DNA of 64,000 bases from an uncultured Actinomycetes bacterium. GTDB taxonomy: Bacteria > Actinomycetota > Acidimicrobiia > Acidimicrobiales > Ilumatobacteraceae. Position numbers and translations under genes: made by a program. This document shows positions 39,239-49,136 of the stretch, in pieces. The number at the start of each line of letters is the position of its first letter. Within the stretch, counting starts at the first letter, position 1. The notes beneath the pieces are model-generated. The model ran no database searches. It worked only from the letters and a program-made list of their open reading frames with translations, and was not told the origin of the DNA. The stretch lies in assembly GCA_963754705.1 (NCBI GenBank), contig CAVWGZ010000005.1, positions 162,161 to 226,160 of the forward strand. Direction: 5' to 3'.

Positions 39239-40379
39239 ATGAGCCGGTTCGCCGCCGCCGTCTCCCGCCACGCAGATCCGCGGGTCGCGGTCGGCGAAGC
39301 GGCGGGCGAGCTGCTCGAGCGGCTCGGAGCGACGCCGAGCCTGCTGACCGTGTTCTTCACCGGCGCGCATCTGCGGGCCGCCGGCCAGATCGCGGCTGCG
39401 CTGGAGGTCCTGATCCGTCCGCAGACGATGATCGGGGCGAGCGCCTCGGCGGTGCTCGGCAACGGCGAGGGCATCGAGGGTGGTCCCGGACTGGCGCTGT
39501 GGGCAGCGGAACTGGACGGCGAGGTGCGACCGTTCCACCTCGAGGTCGAGCCCGTCGGCGACGCCTACCGCATCTCCGGACTGCGCGCCGAGGACCTCGC
39601 CGTCCAGCGCACGATGTTGCTCCTCGCCGATCCGTTCAGCTTCCCGGCGAGCGAGCTGATCGCCGGGCTGGCGGACGACCATCCCCGCCTGGGGGTGATC
39701 GGAGGGCTCGCGTCGGCCGCCGGTTCGCCGGGGGCAAACCGACTGCTCAATGGGACCGAAGTGGTCGCTTCCGGCGCGGTCGGCGTGCTCCTCGACGAGG
39801 CGAGCAGCCCGACCACGGTCGTCTCCCAGGGGTGCCGGCCGATCGGCCGGCCGTACACGGTGACGGCCTCCGAGGGGAACCTGATCGGTCAGCTCGGCGG
39901 TCGCCCGGCGTTGGACCGCCTGCTGGCGATCATCGACGGGCTCGATCCGGTCGATCGCGCCCTCGCCGCCGAGGGTCTGCACTGCGGGATCGTCGTCGAC
40001 GAACACCATCTCGAGTTCGAACGCGGCGACTTCCTCATCCGTGGCGTGCTCGGCGCTGACCGCTCGACCGGTGCGATCGCCGTCGGCGAGATCGTCCCGG
40101 TCGGGGCCACCGTCCAGTTCCAGGTCCGTGACGCAGCCACCGCCGGCGACGATCTGCATGCCCTGCTCGGCGATCGAGACGGTCGCGGCGCGTTGGTCTT
40201 CACCTGCACCGGGCGAGGCAGCGCGATGTTCGGGCGCGCCGACCACGACGCCGACGCGATCGTCCGAACACCTTCCCGCCGCCCAGGTCGCCGGAATGTT
40301 CTGCGGCGGTGAGTTCGGACCGATCGCCGGGCGCAACGCGATCCACACCTTCACCGCCTCGATCGCCCTGTTCCGCTGA
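39239..40379 (+). pseudogene. FIST (N+C) domain sensor-like protein, one frame break (~40265)
   Basis: The pieces are LLTVFFTGAHL, GVIGGLAS and ALVFTCTGRGSAMFG. The C-terminal piece QVAGMFCGGEFGPIAGRNAIHTFTASIALF lies in the +1 frame. Confidence 0.75.
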
Positions 40380-40424
40380 GCCCTCCGCGGCTCGCCGAAG
40401 CGGTGCGCGGGTAGCCTCGAAGGC

Positions 40425-42398
40425 GTGCCCCCCTCCATCGATGAGACGTTCGACCAGCAGGCCATCGCCGTGATCCGAGGTCTGGCGATGGACGCCCCGC
40501 TGAAGGCCAACAGCGGTCACCAGGGCACCGCGATGGCCCTCGCGCCGCTCGGTCACGTGCTGTTCAGCAGGGTGATGAACTTCGATCCGAAGGACCCGCA
40601 GTGGCCGGATCGAGACCGATTCGTGCTGTCCAACGGGCATGCCTCGATCCTCCAGTACGCACTGCTCTACCTCACCGGGTTCGGGTTGGAGATGGACGAC
40701 CTCCAGGCCTTCCGGCAGTGGGGTTCGATGACTCCCGGACATCCCGAGGCCGAACTGACCGTCGGGGTCGAGGTGACCACCGGGCCGCTCGGCCAGGGGT
40801 TCGCCAACGCGGTCGGGATGGCGATCGCCGAGGCCGATCTGCGCAGCCGGTTCGGGCCCGAGGTCACCGACCACCGCACCTTCGTGATCGCCGGCGACGG
40901 CTGCATGATGGAAGGTGTCAGCCACGAGGCCGCCTCGCTCGCCGGGCACCTCGGCCTCGGCCGGCTGATTGCGGTCTACGACGACAACCACATCACGATC
41001 GACGGCAACACCTCCCTCGCCTACTCCGACGACGTCGTCAAGCGCTTCGAGAGCTACGGCTGGCACGTCGAGCAGCTCGGCGAGGTCGCCGAGGACCTCG
41101 ACGCGCTCGAGCGCGGGCTGCGGCGGGCGATCGCCGTCGAGGACAAGCCGAGCCTGCTCGTCCTGCGCAGCCACATCGGGTTTCCGTCACCGGACCTGAC
41201 CGACGATCACACCGCTCACGGCAACCCGTTCACCCCCGAGACGATCGCCCGGACCAAGGCCGTGATCGGCATTCCGGACGAACCGTTCTGGGCGCCGGCT
41301 GAGGTCGTCGATACCTACCGCTCGCTGGCCGCGACGCGCGGCGCTGCGGTTCGCGGCGCGTGGGAGGAGCGACTCGCCAACTACCACGGCGATCGCGACG
41401 CATGGGCGGCGTGCTGGGCGGACGAGCCGCCGAGCGGATGGGACGCCAAGCTGCCGACGTTCGAGGAGGGCGCCAAGGTCGCCACCCGCCAAGCGGTGCA
41501 GCAGGTGTTCGTCGCCGCCGCCGAGCCGCTCGCCGGAATGATCTCCGGTTCGGCCGACCTGACCGGCAACACCGGGACGCTGCTCAAGGGTCAGAGCGTG
41601 CTGACCAAGGACAACCCCGGCGGTCGCCAGGTGCACTACGGCGTGCGCGAACACGGGATGGGTGCGGCACTGGTCGGGATGGCCCGCCACGGCGGCGTGC
41701 TGCCGATCGGCGGCACCTTCTTCGTCTTCTTCGACTACATGAAGCCGGCGGTCCGCCTCGCGGCACTGAGCGAGGCGCACTGCATCTTCGTCTTCACCCA
41801 CGACTCGGTCGGCGTCGGCGAGGACGGTCCGACCCACCAGCCGATCGAGCATCTCGCAGCGCTGCGTTCGATTCCGGGGCTGCAGGTGATCAGACCGGCG
41901 GATGCCAACGAGACCCGCGAGGCGGTGCGCGCCGCGGTCGAACATCACGGCCCGAGCGCGCTGGTCCTCACCCGCCAGGCCGTTCCGGTGTGCACCGATG
42001 GCTCGGCAGTGGAGCGCGGCGCTGCCGTCGTGCGATCCACCGACGGCGACCCGGCGGTCGTCCTGCTGGCGACCGGCAGCGAGGTCCATGTCGCTCTCGG
42101 CGCCGCCGAACAGCTGGCGGCGGAGGGTCTCGAGTGCTCGGTGGTCTCGTTCCCCTCCTGGGACCGCTTCGCCGCCCAGGATCTCGGCTACCGCCGAGCG
42201 GTGCTGCCCCCCGGCGTGCCGGTGCTGTCGGTCGAAGCCGGTTCGACCTTCGGCTGGGAGCGGTACGCCGACGACTGCATCGGGATCGATCGCTTCGGCG
42301 CCAGCGCCCCGGGCAGCGTGGTGCTCGAGCAACTGGGGATCACTGTCGACAACGTCGCCGAGCGCGCCCGAGCGCTGGCCGCGACCAGGAAGGACTGA
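40425..42398 (+). CDS. tkt: transketolase
   Basis: The 657-aa ORF is intact. Its motifs are SGHQGTAMAL, GPLGQGFANAVGMA, GDGCMMEG and GEDGPTHQPIE. Confidence 0.95.
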   Translation: MPPSIDETFDQQAIAVIRGLAMDAPLKANSGHQGTAMALAPLGHVLFSRVMNFDPKDPQWPDRDRFVLSNGHASILQYALLYLTGFGLEMDDLQAFRQWGSMTPGHPEAELTVGVEVTTGPLGQGFANAVGMAIAEADLRSRFGPEVTDHRTFVIAGDGCMMEGVSHEAASLAGHLGLGRLIAVYDDNHITIDGNTSLAYSDDVVKRFESYGWHVEQLGEVAEDLDALERGLRRAIAVEDKPSLLVLRSHIGFPSPDLTDDHTAHGNPFTPETIARTKAVIGIPDEPFWAPAEVVDTYRSLAATRGAAVRGAWEERLANYHGDRDAWAACWADEPPSGWDAKLPTFEEGAKVATRQAVQQVFVAAAEPLAGMISGSADLTGNTGTLLKGQSVLTKDNPGGRQVHYGVREHGMGAALVGMARHGGVLPIGGTFFVFFDYMKPAVRLAALSEAHCIFVFTHDSVGVGEDGPTHQPIEHLAALRSIPGLQVIRPADANETREAVRAAVEHHGPSALVLTRQAVPVCTDGSAVERGAAVVRSTDGDPAVVLLATGSEVHVALGAAEQLAAEGLECSVVSFPSWDRFAAQDLGYRRAVLPPGVPVLSVEAGSTFGWERYADDCIGIDRFGASAPGSVVLEQLGITVDNVAERARALAATRKD

Positions 42399-42403
42399 CG
42401 ATC

Positions 42404-43504
42404 ATGCTCAACCGTCTCCAACGGCTCTCCGCCGAGTTCGGGCAGAGCCCGTGGCTGGACAACCTCAAGCGCGGCTACCTGACCTCCGGCGAGCTGGCCG
42501 ATCTGGTCGCCGACGGGGTGCGCGGGCTGACCTCCAACCCGACCATCTTCCAGAAGGCGATCCAGGGGTCCCCCGACTACGACGAACAGTTCGGTCGTCT
42601 CGCCGCCGAGGGCGTCGGTGAGACCGAGCGCTATTGGGAGTTGGTGCTCGCCGACATCTCCGGTGCGCTCGACGTGTTCGAGGATCTCTACCGCACGAGC
42701 GACGGCCAGGACGGGTTCGTCTCGGTCGAGGTCGCACCCGATCTGGCCCACGACACCGACGGCACCTTCGACGCGGCCCGACAGCTGCACACCCGGATCG
42801 GGCGCCCGAACGTGCTGATCAAGATCCCGGCTACCGCCGAGGGCGTCGCCGCGATCCGCAAGATGATCAGCGAGGGTCGGAGCGTCAACGTGACGTTGAT
42901 CTTCTCCCTCGAGCGTTACGAGGAGGTGATCGACGCCTACATCGACGGGCTGGAGGCGTTCGCCGCCGATCCGAACGCCGATCTGTCCCGGGTCGCCAGC
43001 GTTGCCAGCTTCTTCATCAGCCGGGTCGACACCGAGGTCGACCGCCGACTCGACGCAATCGGTTCACCCGAGGCGCTGGCCTACAAGGGCACCGTCGCCA
43101 TCGCCCAGGCCAAGCTCGCATACCAGCTGTTCGGGCGGAAGTTCTCCGGCGACCGGTGGGCGGCGCTCGCCGCCCGCGGCGCTCGGGTCCAACGTCCGCT
43201 GTGGGCCTCGACCTCGACCAAGAATCCGGACTATCCGGACACGCTGTACGTCGATCAGCTGATCGGACCGCACACGGTCAACACCTTGCCGGATGCGACG
43301 CTCGCTGCGTTCGCCGATCACGGCACGCTCGCCCGCACGATCGACGCCGACGTCGGCACCGCCGAGGCGACGTGGAAGGCGCTCGCCGGGATCGGGGTCG
43401 ACATGGACGACGTCGCCGACCGGTTGGAGCGCGAGGGCGTCTCCAGTTTCCAGAAGAGCTTCGACGAGCTGATCACCGCCCTCGCCGAGAAATCGGCGAG
43501 CTGA
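42404..43504 (+). CDS. tal: transaldolase (long actinobacterial type)
   Basis: ATG 42404 is followed by QSPWLDNL, LTSNPTIF, the active-site Lys in VLIKIPAT, and SVASFFISR. Confidence 0.95.
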   Translation: MLNRLQRLSAEFGQSPWLDNLKRGYLTSGELADLVADGVRGLTSNPTIFQKAIQGSPDYDEQFGRLAAEGVGETERYWELVLADISGALDVFEDLYRTSDGQDGFVSVEVAPDLAHDTDGTFDAARQLHTRIGRPNVLIKIPATAEGVAAIRKMISEGRSVNVTLIFSLERYEEVIDAYIDGLEAFAADPNADLSRVASVASFFISRVDTEVDRRLDAIGSPEALAYKGTVAIAQAKLAYQLFGRKFSGDRWAALAARGARVQRPLWASTSTKNPDYPDTLYVDQLIGPHTVNTLPDATLAAFADHGTLARTIDADVGTAEATWKALAGIGVDMDDVADRLEREGVSSFQKSFDELITALAEKSAS

Positions 43505-43516
43505 TTGTGGGGCGAG

Positions 43517-43625
43517 GGTTGCGTTTCCGCCAACGCACCCCCGCCCGCACACTCATCCGGGGCGAACTTCCGCCGAGTTCGCCCCGTGGGTTCCCGCCCG
43601 AAAGGCGGAACGGCTCGGCGCCGAG
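43517..43625 (+). other. four consecutive GC-rich stem-loops after tal, three carrying TTCCGCC/TTCCCGCC
   Basis: The stem-loops lie at 43517-43541, 43559-43585 (perfect 9-bp stem GGGGCGAAC/GTTCGCCCC), 43590-43611 and 43614-43625 (palindrome CTCGGCGCCGAG). Confidence 0.4.
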
Positions 43626-43757
43626 GGGGCAACGCCGTCACCGTTCGAGCTGTTAACACGCCGGCTTGACGAAGTCATGACGTGACAGCGGCCCAACGAT
43701 GGGCCTGATGGGCCGTGCGACCCACCGCTCGACGGCGGACCGTAGAGTCGGCGCCGC

Positions 43758-44780
43758 ATGACCGCCGCTCCCGATCAGTGGACCCAGCTCCCCGCCCTGC
43801 TCGATTCGATCGCCGCACCGCGCGATCGACGGCTGATCGAAGAGCTGCTGTCGACCACCCTCCAACTCGCCGAGGAGCGGCCGGAGACGCTCAACCTCAA
43901 GATCGCCGCTGCCGCGCTGGCAGAGATGCGCGAGGCGTTCGAGATGTTCCAGCCGTACCAGGGGATACCGAAGGTGGCGATCTTCGGCTCGGCGCGGGTG
44001 CACGCCGACGATCCGCTCTACGCCCAGGCGCGGGAGGTCGCCGCCGACCTCGCCGCCGAGGGGTACATGGTGATCACCGGCGCCGGTCCGGGGATCATGC
44101 AGGCCGCGATGGAGGGCGCCGGCCGGGAACGCTCGATCGGGGTGTCGATCCGCCTACCGTTCGAGCAGGGCGCCAACCCGGTGATCGCCGGTGACCACAA
44201 GTACGTGGCGATGAAGTACTTCTTCACCCGCAAGCTGATGTTGATCAAAGAGGCGCGGGCGTTCATCTGCCTCCCGGGTGGATTCGGCACGCTCGACGAG
44301 ACGTTCGAGTTGCTGACCCTGACCCAGACCGGGAAGGGCACCCCGGCGCCGATCGTCTTCCTCGACACCCCTGGCGACACCTACTGGGCATCGGTCGCCG
44401 AGCTGGTCCGCACCCAGCTGGTCCCCCGGCGACTGGTCAACCCGTCGGACCTCGACCTGTTCCTCGTCACCGACTCCTGCGAGCGGGCGGTGCGGGAGAT
44501 CACCCGCTTCTACGCCAACTACGACTCGCTGCGCTACGTCGGCGACCGGCTGGTCATCCGCCTTCGCCACGAGCCCGATGACGCGCAGCTCGCCGAGCTC
44601 AACCAACGCTTCGGCCACCTCTGCGCCTCGGGGACGATCGAACGAACTGCGCCGCTGTCGATCGAGCTGCGCGAGGGCGATGCGGTCGGCCTCGGACGGA
44701 TCGTGTTCCACTTCGCCAAGCACGGGTTCGGCGATCTGCGGCTGATGATCGATCAGCTCAACCGCTTCGCCCCCGGCTGA
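43758..44780 (+). CDS. LOG-family (TIGR00730-type) nucleotide phosphoribohydrolase with C-terminal extension
   Basis: The motifs are VAIFGSAR, ITGAGPGIMQA and PGGFGTLDE. Confidence 0.85.
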   Translation: MTAAPDQWTQLPALLDSIAAPRDRRLIEELLSTTLQLAEERPETLNLKIAAAALAEMREAFEMFQPYQGIPKVAIFGSARVHADDPLYAQAREVAADLAAEGYMVITGAGPGIMQAAMEGAGRERSIGVSIRLPFEQGANPVIAGDHKYVAMKYFFTRKLMLIKEARAFICLPGGFGTLDETFELLTLTQTGKGTPAPIVFLDTPGDTYWASVAELVRTQLVPRRLVNPSDLDLFLVTDSCERAVREITRFYANYDSLRYVGDRLVIRLRHEPDDAQLAELNQRFGHLCASGTIERTAPLSIELREGDAVGLGRIVFHFAKHGFGDLRLMIDQLNRFAPG

Positions 44781-44788
44781 TCGCCGGT

Positions 44789-44839
44789 CGAAATCTGGAG
44801 ATCTGTGCGCACCCGTAGCGCACACTTCTGCAGATTTCG
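44789..44839. terminator. long imperfect hairpin between convergent genes
   Basis: CGAAATCTG pairs with CAGATTTCG as the outer stem, and TGTGCGC pairs with GCGCACA as the inner stem around a 7-nt loop. Confidence 0.55.
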
Positions 44840-44851
44840 GCTGTCGACGCG

Positions 44852-45064
44852 TCAGTCGTCGGCGGTGTCGCCACGGCGCAGCAGGTGGACGGCCTTCTCG
44901 ACGGCGCGGCGGGCCTGGGTGAGTTGCTTCTCCGTCGCGGGACGTCCGGCTGCGGACTTCGTCCGCAGCAGCGCCGCGGAGTTCGTCGATCGCCAGGTCG
45001 GCGAGCTCCTCGGCGATCGACTCGAGCCGATCGGCGAGCTCGTCGCGGCGCTCCGCGCTCAGCG
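44852..45064 (-). pseudogene. small helical hypothetical protein, one frame break, start unresolved
   Basis: SAERRDELADRLESIAEELADLAIDELR is followed by LLRTKSAAGRPATEKQLTQARRAVEKAVHLLRRGDTADD* in a shifted frame. Confidence 0.3.
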
Positions 45065-46240
45065 GAAGGCCTCGTCGAGCAGATCGACCGGATGGCGGAC
45101 CGTCAGCCCGGCGGCAGCGAGGTGCATCGCGCAACCGGGGTTGGCACTGGCGACGACGGTCGCCCCGCTCGCCGCCGTCGCACGCCCGATCGATGCCAGC
45201 TTGCGTTCGCGGATCTGACCGGCGAGCTCCGGCTGGAGCGCGCTGTAGGCACCGCCTGCGCCGCAGCAGACACCGTCGTCGTCGAGCTCGACCGGCTCGG
45301 CGACCAGCCCGAGCAGCGTCCGCACCGGGAGGTGGGCGCGCTGGACGTGGCGGAGGTGGCAGGGGTCCTGGACGATCACCGGACCGAGTCGTCGCGTGGC
45401 CACTGGTAGCCGCTCGACGCGCTCGGCGAGCCATTCGTGGATGTCGCGCACTCGGGCTGCGAACGCCTCGCTTTCGGCGGTGCCGAGGAGGTGGCCGTAG
45501 TCCTTCAGTTGGGCACCGCAGCCGGCGGAGTTGACCAGCACCGGGGCGTCGCCGGGCATCGCCGCGATCACCTCCTGGGCCAGGCGTCGAGCGTCGTCGA
45601 GCAGGCCGGCGTGGACGTGCAGCGCGCCGCAACACGGCGCAGCGTCGGTCACCCGGCTGCTCGCCCCGGCGAGCGCGACCAGGCGCTGGGTCGCCCGGTG
45701 GGTGTCGCGCTGCCAAGCGTCCATCACACAGCCGGTGAACAGCCAGACATCGTTGCCGGTCGAGCGCAGCGGTGCGCCACGCCTGAGCGGCAGCCGTCCG
45801 AGGCCGAGCCGGGCCGGCACGAGCTTGAGGCGCTGGCCGATCGCCAACAGGCTCGACCCGACGAGCAGCAGCCGATGGTTGCCGAGGACGCGGAATCCGA
45901 GGCGCTGCCAGCGCGGCGTGACCCGGTGGGCGGCGGCCAAGGCGGCACGGGTGTCCTCGACGAGATGACCGTACGGCACCCCCGATGGGCAGGCCGGTTC
46001 GCAGCCGCGACACTGGACGCAGGTCGAGATGAACGAGACGAAGTCGTCGTCGAGCGGCTGATCGCCGGACTCGACGGCGCGCATCGCCGCTATCCGGCCG
46101 CGAGGCGACAGCGCTTCTTCGCCGGTGACCCGGAACGTCGGGCAGTGCGGCAGGCACAAGCCGCAGCCGACGCAGGTCGCCAACTCGTCGGGCTGGAGGT
46201 GCAGGCGGCCGTCGTCGAGGAGACCGCGGCGTAACGTCAT
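45059..46240 (-). CDS. glcF: glycolate oxidase iron-sulfur subunit / (Fe-S)-binding CCG-domain protein
   Basis: It has CVGCGLCLPHCP and CVQCRGCEPACP, plus two CCG-type Cys-rich domains. Confidence 0.85.
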   Translation of the reverse strand: MTLRRGLLDDGRLHLQPDELATCVGCGLCLPHCPTFRVTGEEALSPRGRIAAMRAVESGDQPLDDDFVSFISTCVQCRGCEPACPSGVPYGHLVEDTRAALAAAHRVTPRWQRLGFRVLGNHRLLLVGSSLLAIGQRLKLVPARLGLGRLPLRRGAPLRSTGNDVWLFTGCVMDAWQRDTHRATQRLVALAGASSRVTDAAPCCGALHVHAGLLDDARRLAQEVIAAMPGDAPVLVNSAGCGAQLKDYGHLLGTAESEAFAARVRDIHEWLAERVERLPVATRRLGPVIVQDPCHLRHVQRAHLPVRTLLGLVAEPVELDDDGVCCGAGGAYSALQPELAGQIRERKLASIGRATAASGATVVASANPGCAMHLAAAGLTVRHPVDLLDEAFR

Positions 46241-46266
46241 GCGGCACAGAACCTAGCCTCGCTGAC

Positions 46267-47655
46267 ATGACCGCACTCGTCGACATCCCCGCTGCCGTCG
46301 CCACGTGCCGCGAAGGGTTCCGTCTCGGGGTGCTGCGCGGCCGTACCGAGCGACGGGCGCAGCTCCGCCAGCTCCGCCGACTGCTCGTCGAACGCGAAGG
46401 CGACCTCGCCGCTGCCCTGTTCGAAGATCTCGGCAAGCCGGAGATCGAGGCCTACGGAGCCGAGATCGGGTTGACCGTGACAGAGATCGACCACGCCCTC
46501 GACCACCTCGACCAGTGGATGGCGGACGAGAAGATCCGCGTCCCGATCCAACTCCGTCCGGGCAGCGCCCGGGTGGTCCGCCAGCCGAAGGGCGTGGTCG
46601 CGATCATCGGTCCGTGGAACTATCCGGTGCAGCTGATCCTCGCCCCGCTGGTCGCTGCGCTGGCAGCCGGCAACACCGCGGTGGTCAAGCCGTCGGAGTT
46701 GGCGCCGGCGACCTCGGCCGCGTTGGCGAAGGCGATCCCGGCGTACCTCGACGAACGGGCAGTGCAGGTCGTCACCGGTGGCGTCGAGGAGACCACCGCC
46801 CTGCTCACCGAGCGCTTCGACCACATCCTCTACACCGGCAACGCCGACGTCGGCCGGATCGTGCTCGAGGCGGCGGCGAAGCACCTCACACCGGTGACGC
46901 TCGAGCTCGGTGGGAAGAGCCCGGCGATCGTCCTCGCCGATGCCGACCTCGACGTCGCCGCACGGCGGATCGCCTGGGGCAAGTTCCTCAACGCCGGGCA
47001 GACCTGCATCGCCCCCGACTACGTGTTGGTCGAGGAAGCGGCCGAGGACCGATTCCTCGGGGCATTGCTGCGAGCGACCCACGACTTCTACGGCGACGAT
47101 CCGGCGACGACGCCCGATTTCGCCCGGATCGTCAACGTCCGCCATCACGATCGGCTGACCGAGCTGCTCGACGCCGGCGGCTACGAGGCGGTGGTCGCCG
47201 GCGGGCACGGCGACCGTGAACGCCGCTACTTCCCGCCGACGGTGCTCGCCGGGGTGTCACCGGAGGCAGCGGTGATGCAGCAGGAGATCTTCGGACCGAT
47301 CCTGCCGGTGCTGACCGTCACCGACGCCGACGCGGCGGTCTCGTTCGTCAACGCCCGCCCGCATCCGTTGGCGCTGTACCTGTTCTCCGGTGACTCGGCG
47401 CGCACCGAGCGGATCGTCGAGCGGACGACCTCGGGTGGGGTGGCGATCAACGCCACCATGCTCCACGTCGTCGCTCCGGATCTGCCCTTCGGTGGGATCG
47501 GCGCGAGCGGGTCCGGGGCGTATCACGGCGAAGCCGGTTTCCTGACGTTCACCCATCGCAGGTCGGTGCTCGACAAGGCCGTCCGCCCCGACCCACCGGT
47601 GCTCTACCCGCCGTACAAGTCGTGGAAGCAGAAGATCCTCCGCCGCTTGCTGTAA
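46267..47655 (+). CDS. NAD(P)-dependent aldehyde dehydrogenase (class-3-like)
   Basis: The 462-aa ORF is intact. Its motifs are GPWNYP, ELGGKSP, GQTCIAPDY and EIFGPILP. Confidence 0.9.
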   Translation: MTALVDIPAAVATCREGFRLGVLRGRTERRAQLRQLRRLLVEREGDLAAALFEDLGKPEIEAYGAEIGLTVTEIDHALDHLDQWMADEKIRVPIQLRPGSARVVRQPKGVVAIIGPWNYPVQLILAPLVAALAAGNTAVVKPSELAPATSAALAKAIPAYLDERAVQVVTGGVEETTALLTERFDHILYTGNADVGRIVLEAAAKHLTPVTLELGGKSPAIVLADADLDVAARRIAWGKFLNAGQTCIAPDYVLVEEAAEDRFLGALLRATHDFYGDDPATTPDFARIVNVRHHDRLTELLDAGGYEAVVAGGHGDRERRYFPPTVLAGVSPEAAVMQQEIFGPILPVLTVTDADAAVSFVNARPHPLALYLFSGDSARTERIVERTTSGGVAINATMLHVVAPDLPFGGIGASGSGAYHGEAGFLTFTHRRSVLDKAVRPDPPVLYPPYKSWKQKILRRLL

Positions 47656-47677
47656 TACGCCCCGCCCCGCCCCGCCG

Positions 47678-47712
47678 TCACCGACCCGGGTTCACCGACC
47701 CGGGTTCACCGA
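47678..47712. repeat. 2.5 tandem copies of TCACCGACCCGGGT
   Basis: Read directly from the sequence. Each unit contains the palindrome ACCCGGGT. Confidence 0.9.
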
Positions 47713-47823
47713 GCGTTCGGGCAGTTGCGTCGCCCAGAGGGCACGCTTGTGCCCGAACGCTCCGACACAGGGTTGGCGTTCGGGCAGTTGTGTACACCAG
47801 AGGGCACGGTTGTGCCCGAACGC
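47713..47823. repeat. two 48-nt REP-like hairpin elements (47713-47760 and 47776-47823)
   Basis: Both copies start GCGTTCGGGCAGTTG and end TTGTGCCCGAACGC, giving 11-bp perfect terminal inverted repeats. They lie between the convergent aldH and P450 genes. Confidence 0.85.
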
Positions 47824-47833
47824 TCGTGGACGG

Positions 47834-49033
47834 TCAGCCGACGGCTGGGGTCGGGGTGAAGCGGATCCGGACCTTGTCGTAGCCTCGGGTGAAGGTCGCC
47901 GGGACGATCTGCGGCTCGGTCGGATCGACCAGCTCCCAGTCGGGGATGCGGCGGAGCAGCTCCTCGAACAGGATGCGCAACTCGAGCCGGGCGAGCTGGG
48001 CACCGAGGCAGAGATGCGGGCCGAAGCCGAACGCCACGTGGCGGTTCGGCGAGCGGCCGACGTCGAAGCGCTCGGGTTCGGTGAAGACCCGCGGGTCGCG
48101 GTTGGCGGACGCGTACATCAGCAGCAGCTCGTCGCCCTCGCGGATCTGTTGGCCGTCGAGCTCGTGGTCCTCGGTGGCGGTGCGGCGCATGTTGAGGATC
48201 GGTGAGACCCAGCGGATGAACTCCTCGACCGCGGTGGCGATCAGCCCGGGGTCGTCGATCAGCCGCTGGCGCTGGTCGGGTCGGAGGGCCAGTTCGCGCA
48301 GGATCGCGCCGATCACGGTGCGGGTCGTCTCGGCGCCGCCGTCGAGCACGAGCAGCGTCTCGGAGAGGATCTGGGGGATCTCCCACCCCTCGGCATGCGC
48401 CCAGATCGACAACAGGTCGTCGCGAGGGTCCTCCTTGCGAGCCATGACGAGCCCGATCGTCGCCGCGGCGAATGCTTCGACCGTCGCCTGCATCTCGGGC
48501 CGGTACTCCGGCGGCGAGCCGTCCGGCGAGGTCTGCCCGGCGAGGTACATCGTCTCTTCTGACCACCGGCGGACCTCGGGCCACATCTCGCGCGGGTAGC
48601 CGATCAGCTCGGCGATCATCATCGCCGGCAGGCGGGAGGCGATCGCCTCGACCGCCTCGCACTCACCGAGTGGGGTCACCGCGTCGAGGATCTCGGTCAC
48701 ATCGGCGCGTACGTGGTCCTCGTGGTTCCGGATGCCGCTCGGCGTGAAGCGGCGGACGACCAGCGCCCGCTGATCGTGGTGGACCGGGTCGTCGAGATTG
48801 ATCATCGACCGGTCGTCGCGCTGATCGGTCTTCGGTCGCGACCCCGCCGACGACGTGTACAGCCGAGGGTTGCGCTCGATCGCGACGATGTCCTCATGGC
48901 GAGAGATCGCCCAGATCCGCTGCACCGGGTCCCAGAACACGGGCGCCTCGTCGCGCAGCCAGCGATATGCGTCCCACGGCTCGACGTAGAAGCTGGGATC
49001 GAGCACGTTGATCGCCGGTACGACGTTTGTCAC
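47834..49033 (-). CDS. cytochrome P450
   Basis: It has the heme loop FGFGPHLCLGAQLAR and the I-helix sequence LDGGAETT. The GTG start follows GGAGG. Confidence 0.9.
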   Translation of the reverse strand: MTNVVPAINVLDPSFYVEPWDAYRWLRDEAPVFWDPVQRIWAISRHEDIVAIERNPRLYTSSAGSRPKTDQRDDRSMINLDDPVHHDQRALVVRRFTPSGIRNHEDHVRADVTEILDAVTPLGECEAVEAIASRLPAMMIAELIGYPREMWPEVRRWSEETMYLAGQTSPDGSPPEYRPEMQATVEAFAAATIGLVMARKEDPRDDLLSIWAHAEGWEIPQILSETLLVLDGGAETTRTVIGAILRELALRPDQRQRLIDDPGLIATAVEEFIRWVSPILNMRRTATEDHELDGQQIREGDELLLMYASANRDPRVFTEPERFDVGRSPNRHVAFGFGPHLCLGAQLARLELRILFEELLRRIPDWELVDPTEPQIVPATFTRGYDKVRIRFTPTPAVG

Positions 49034-49136
49034 GGTTTACCTCCGGAAGTCCTGACTGCATCGAACCCGATCCCGTGCGAGCGATGCAACGCGGGCGTAC
49101 CCCACGTCGACGCTGCGACCAGAGTGACCGGCCCCG

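Noticed and set aside
44154-46436. Very long Arg/Pro/Ala-rich ORFs: 760 aa at 44154-46436, and similarly 23638-25509 (-), 6219-7805 (-), 38041-39474 (-) and 14567-17653 (+).
   Set aside because: They overlap well-supported genes (LOG/glcF, selA/selB, YHYH/HupE, the desaturase/FIST region) in other frames or on the other strand. In the case of 14567-17653 the ORF merely strings together out-of-frame pieces of GH15 and GH31. I recognised no domain in any of them.
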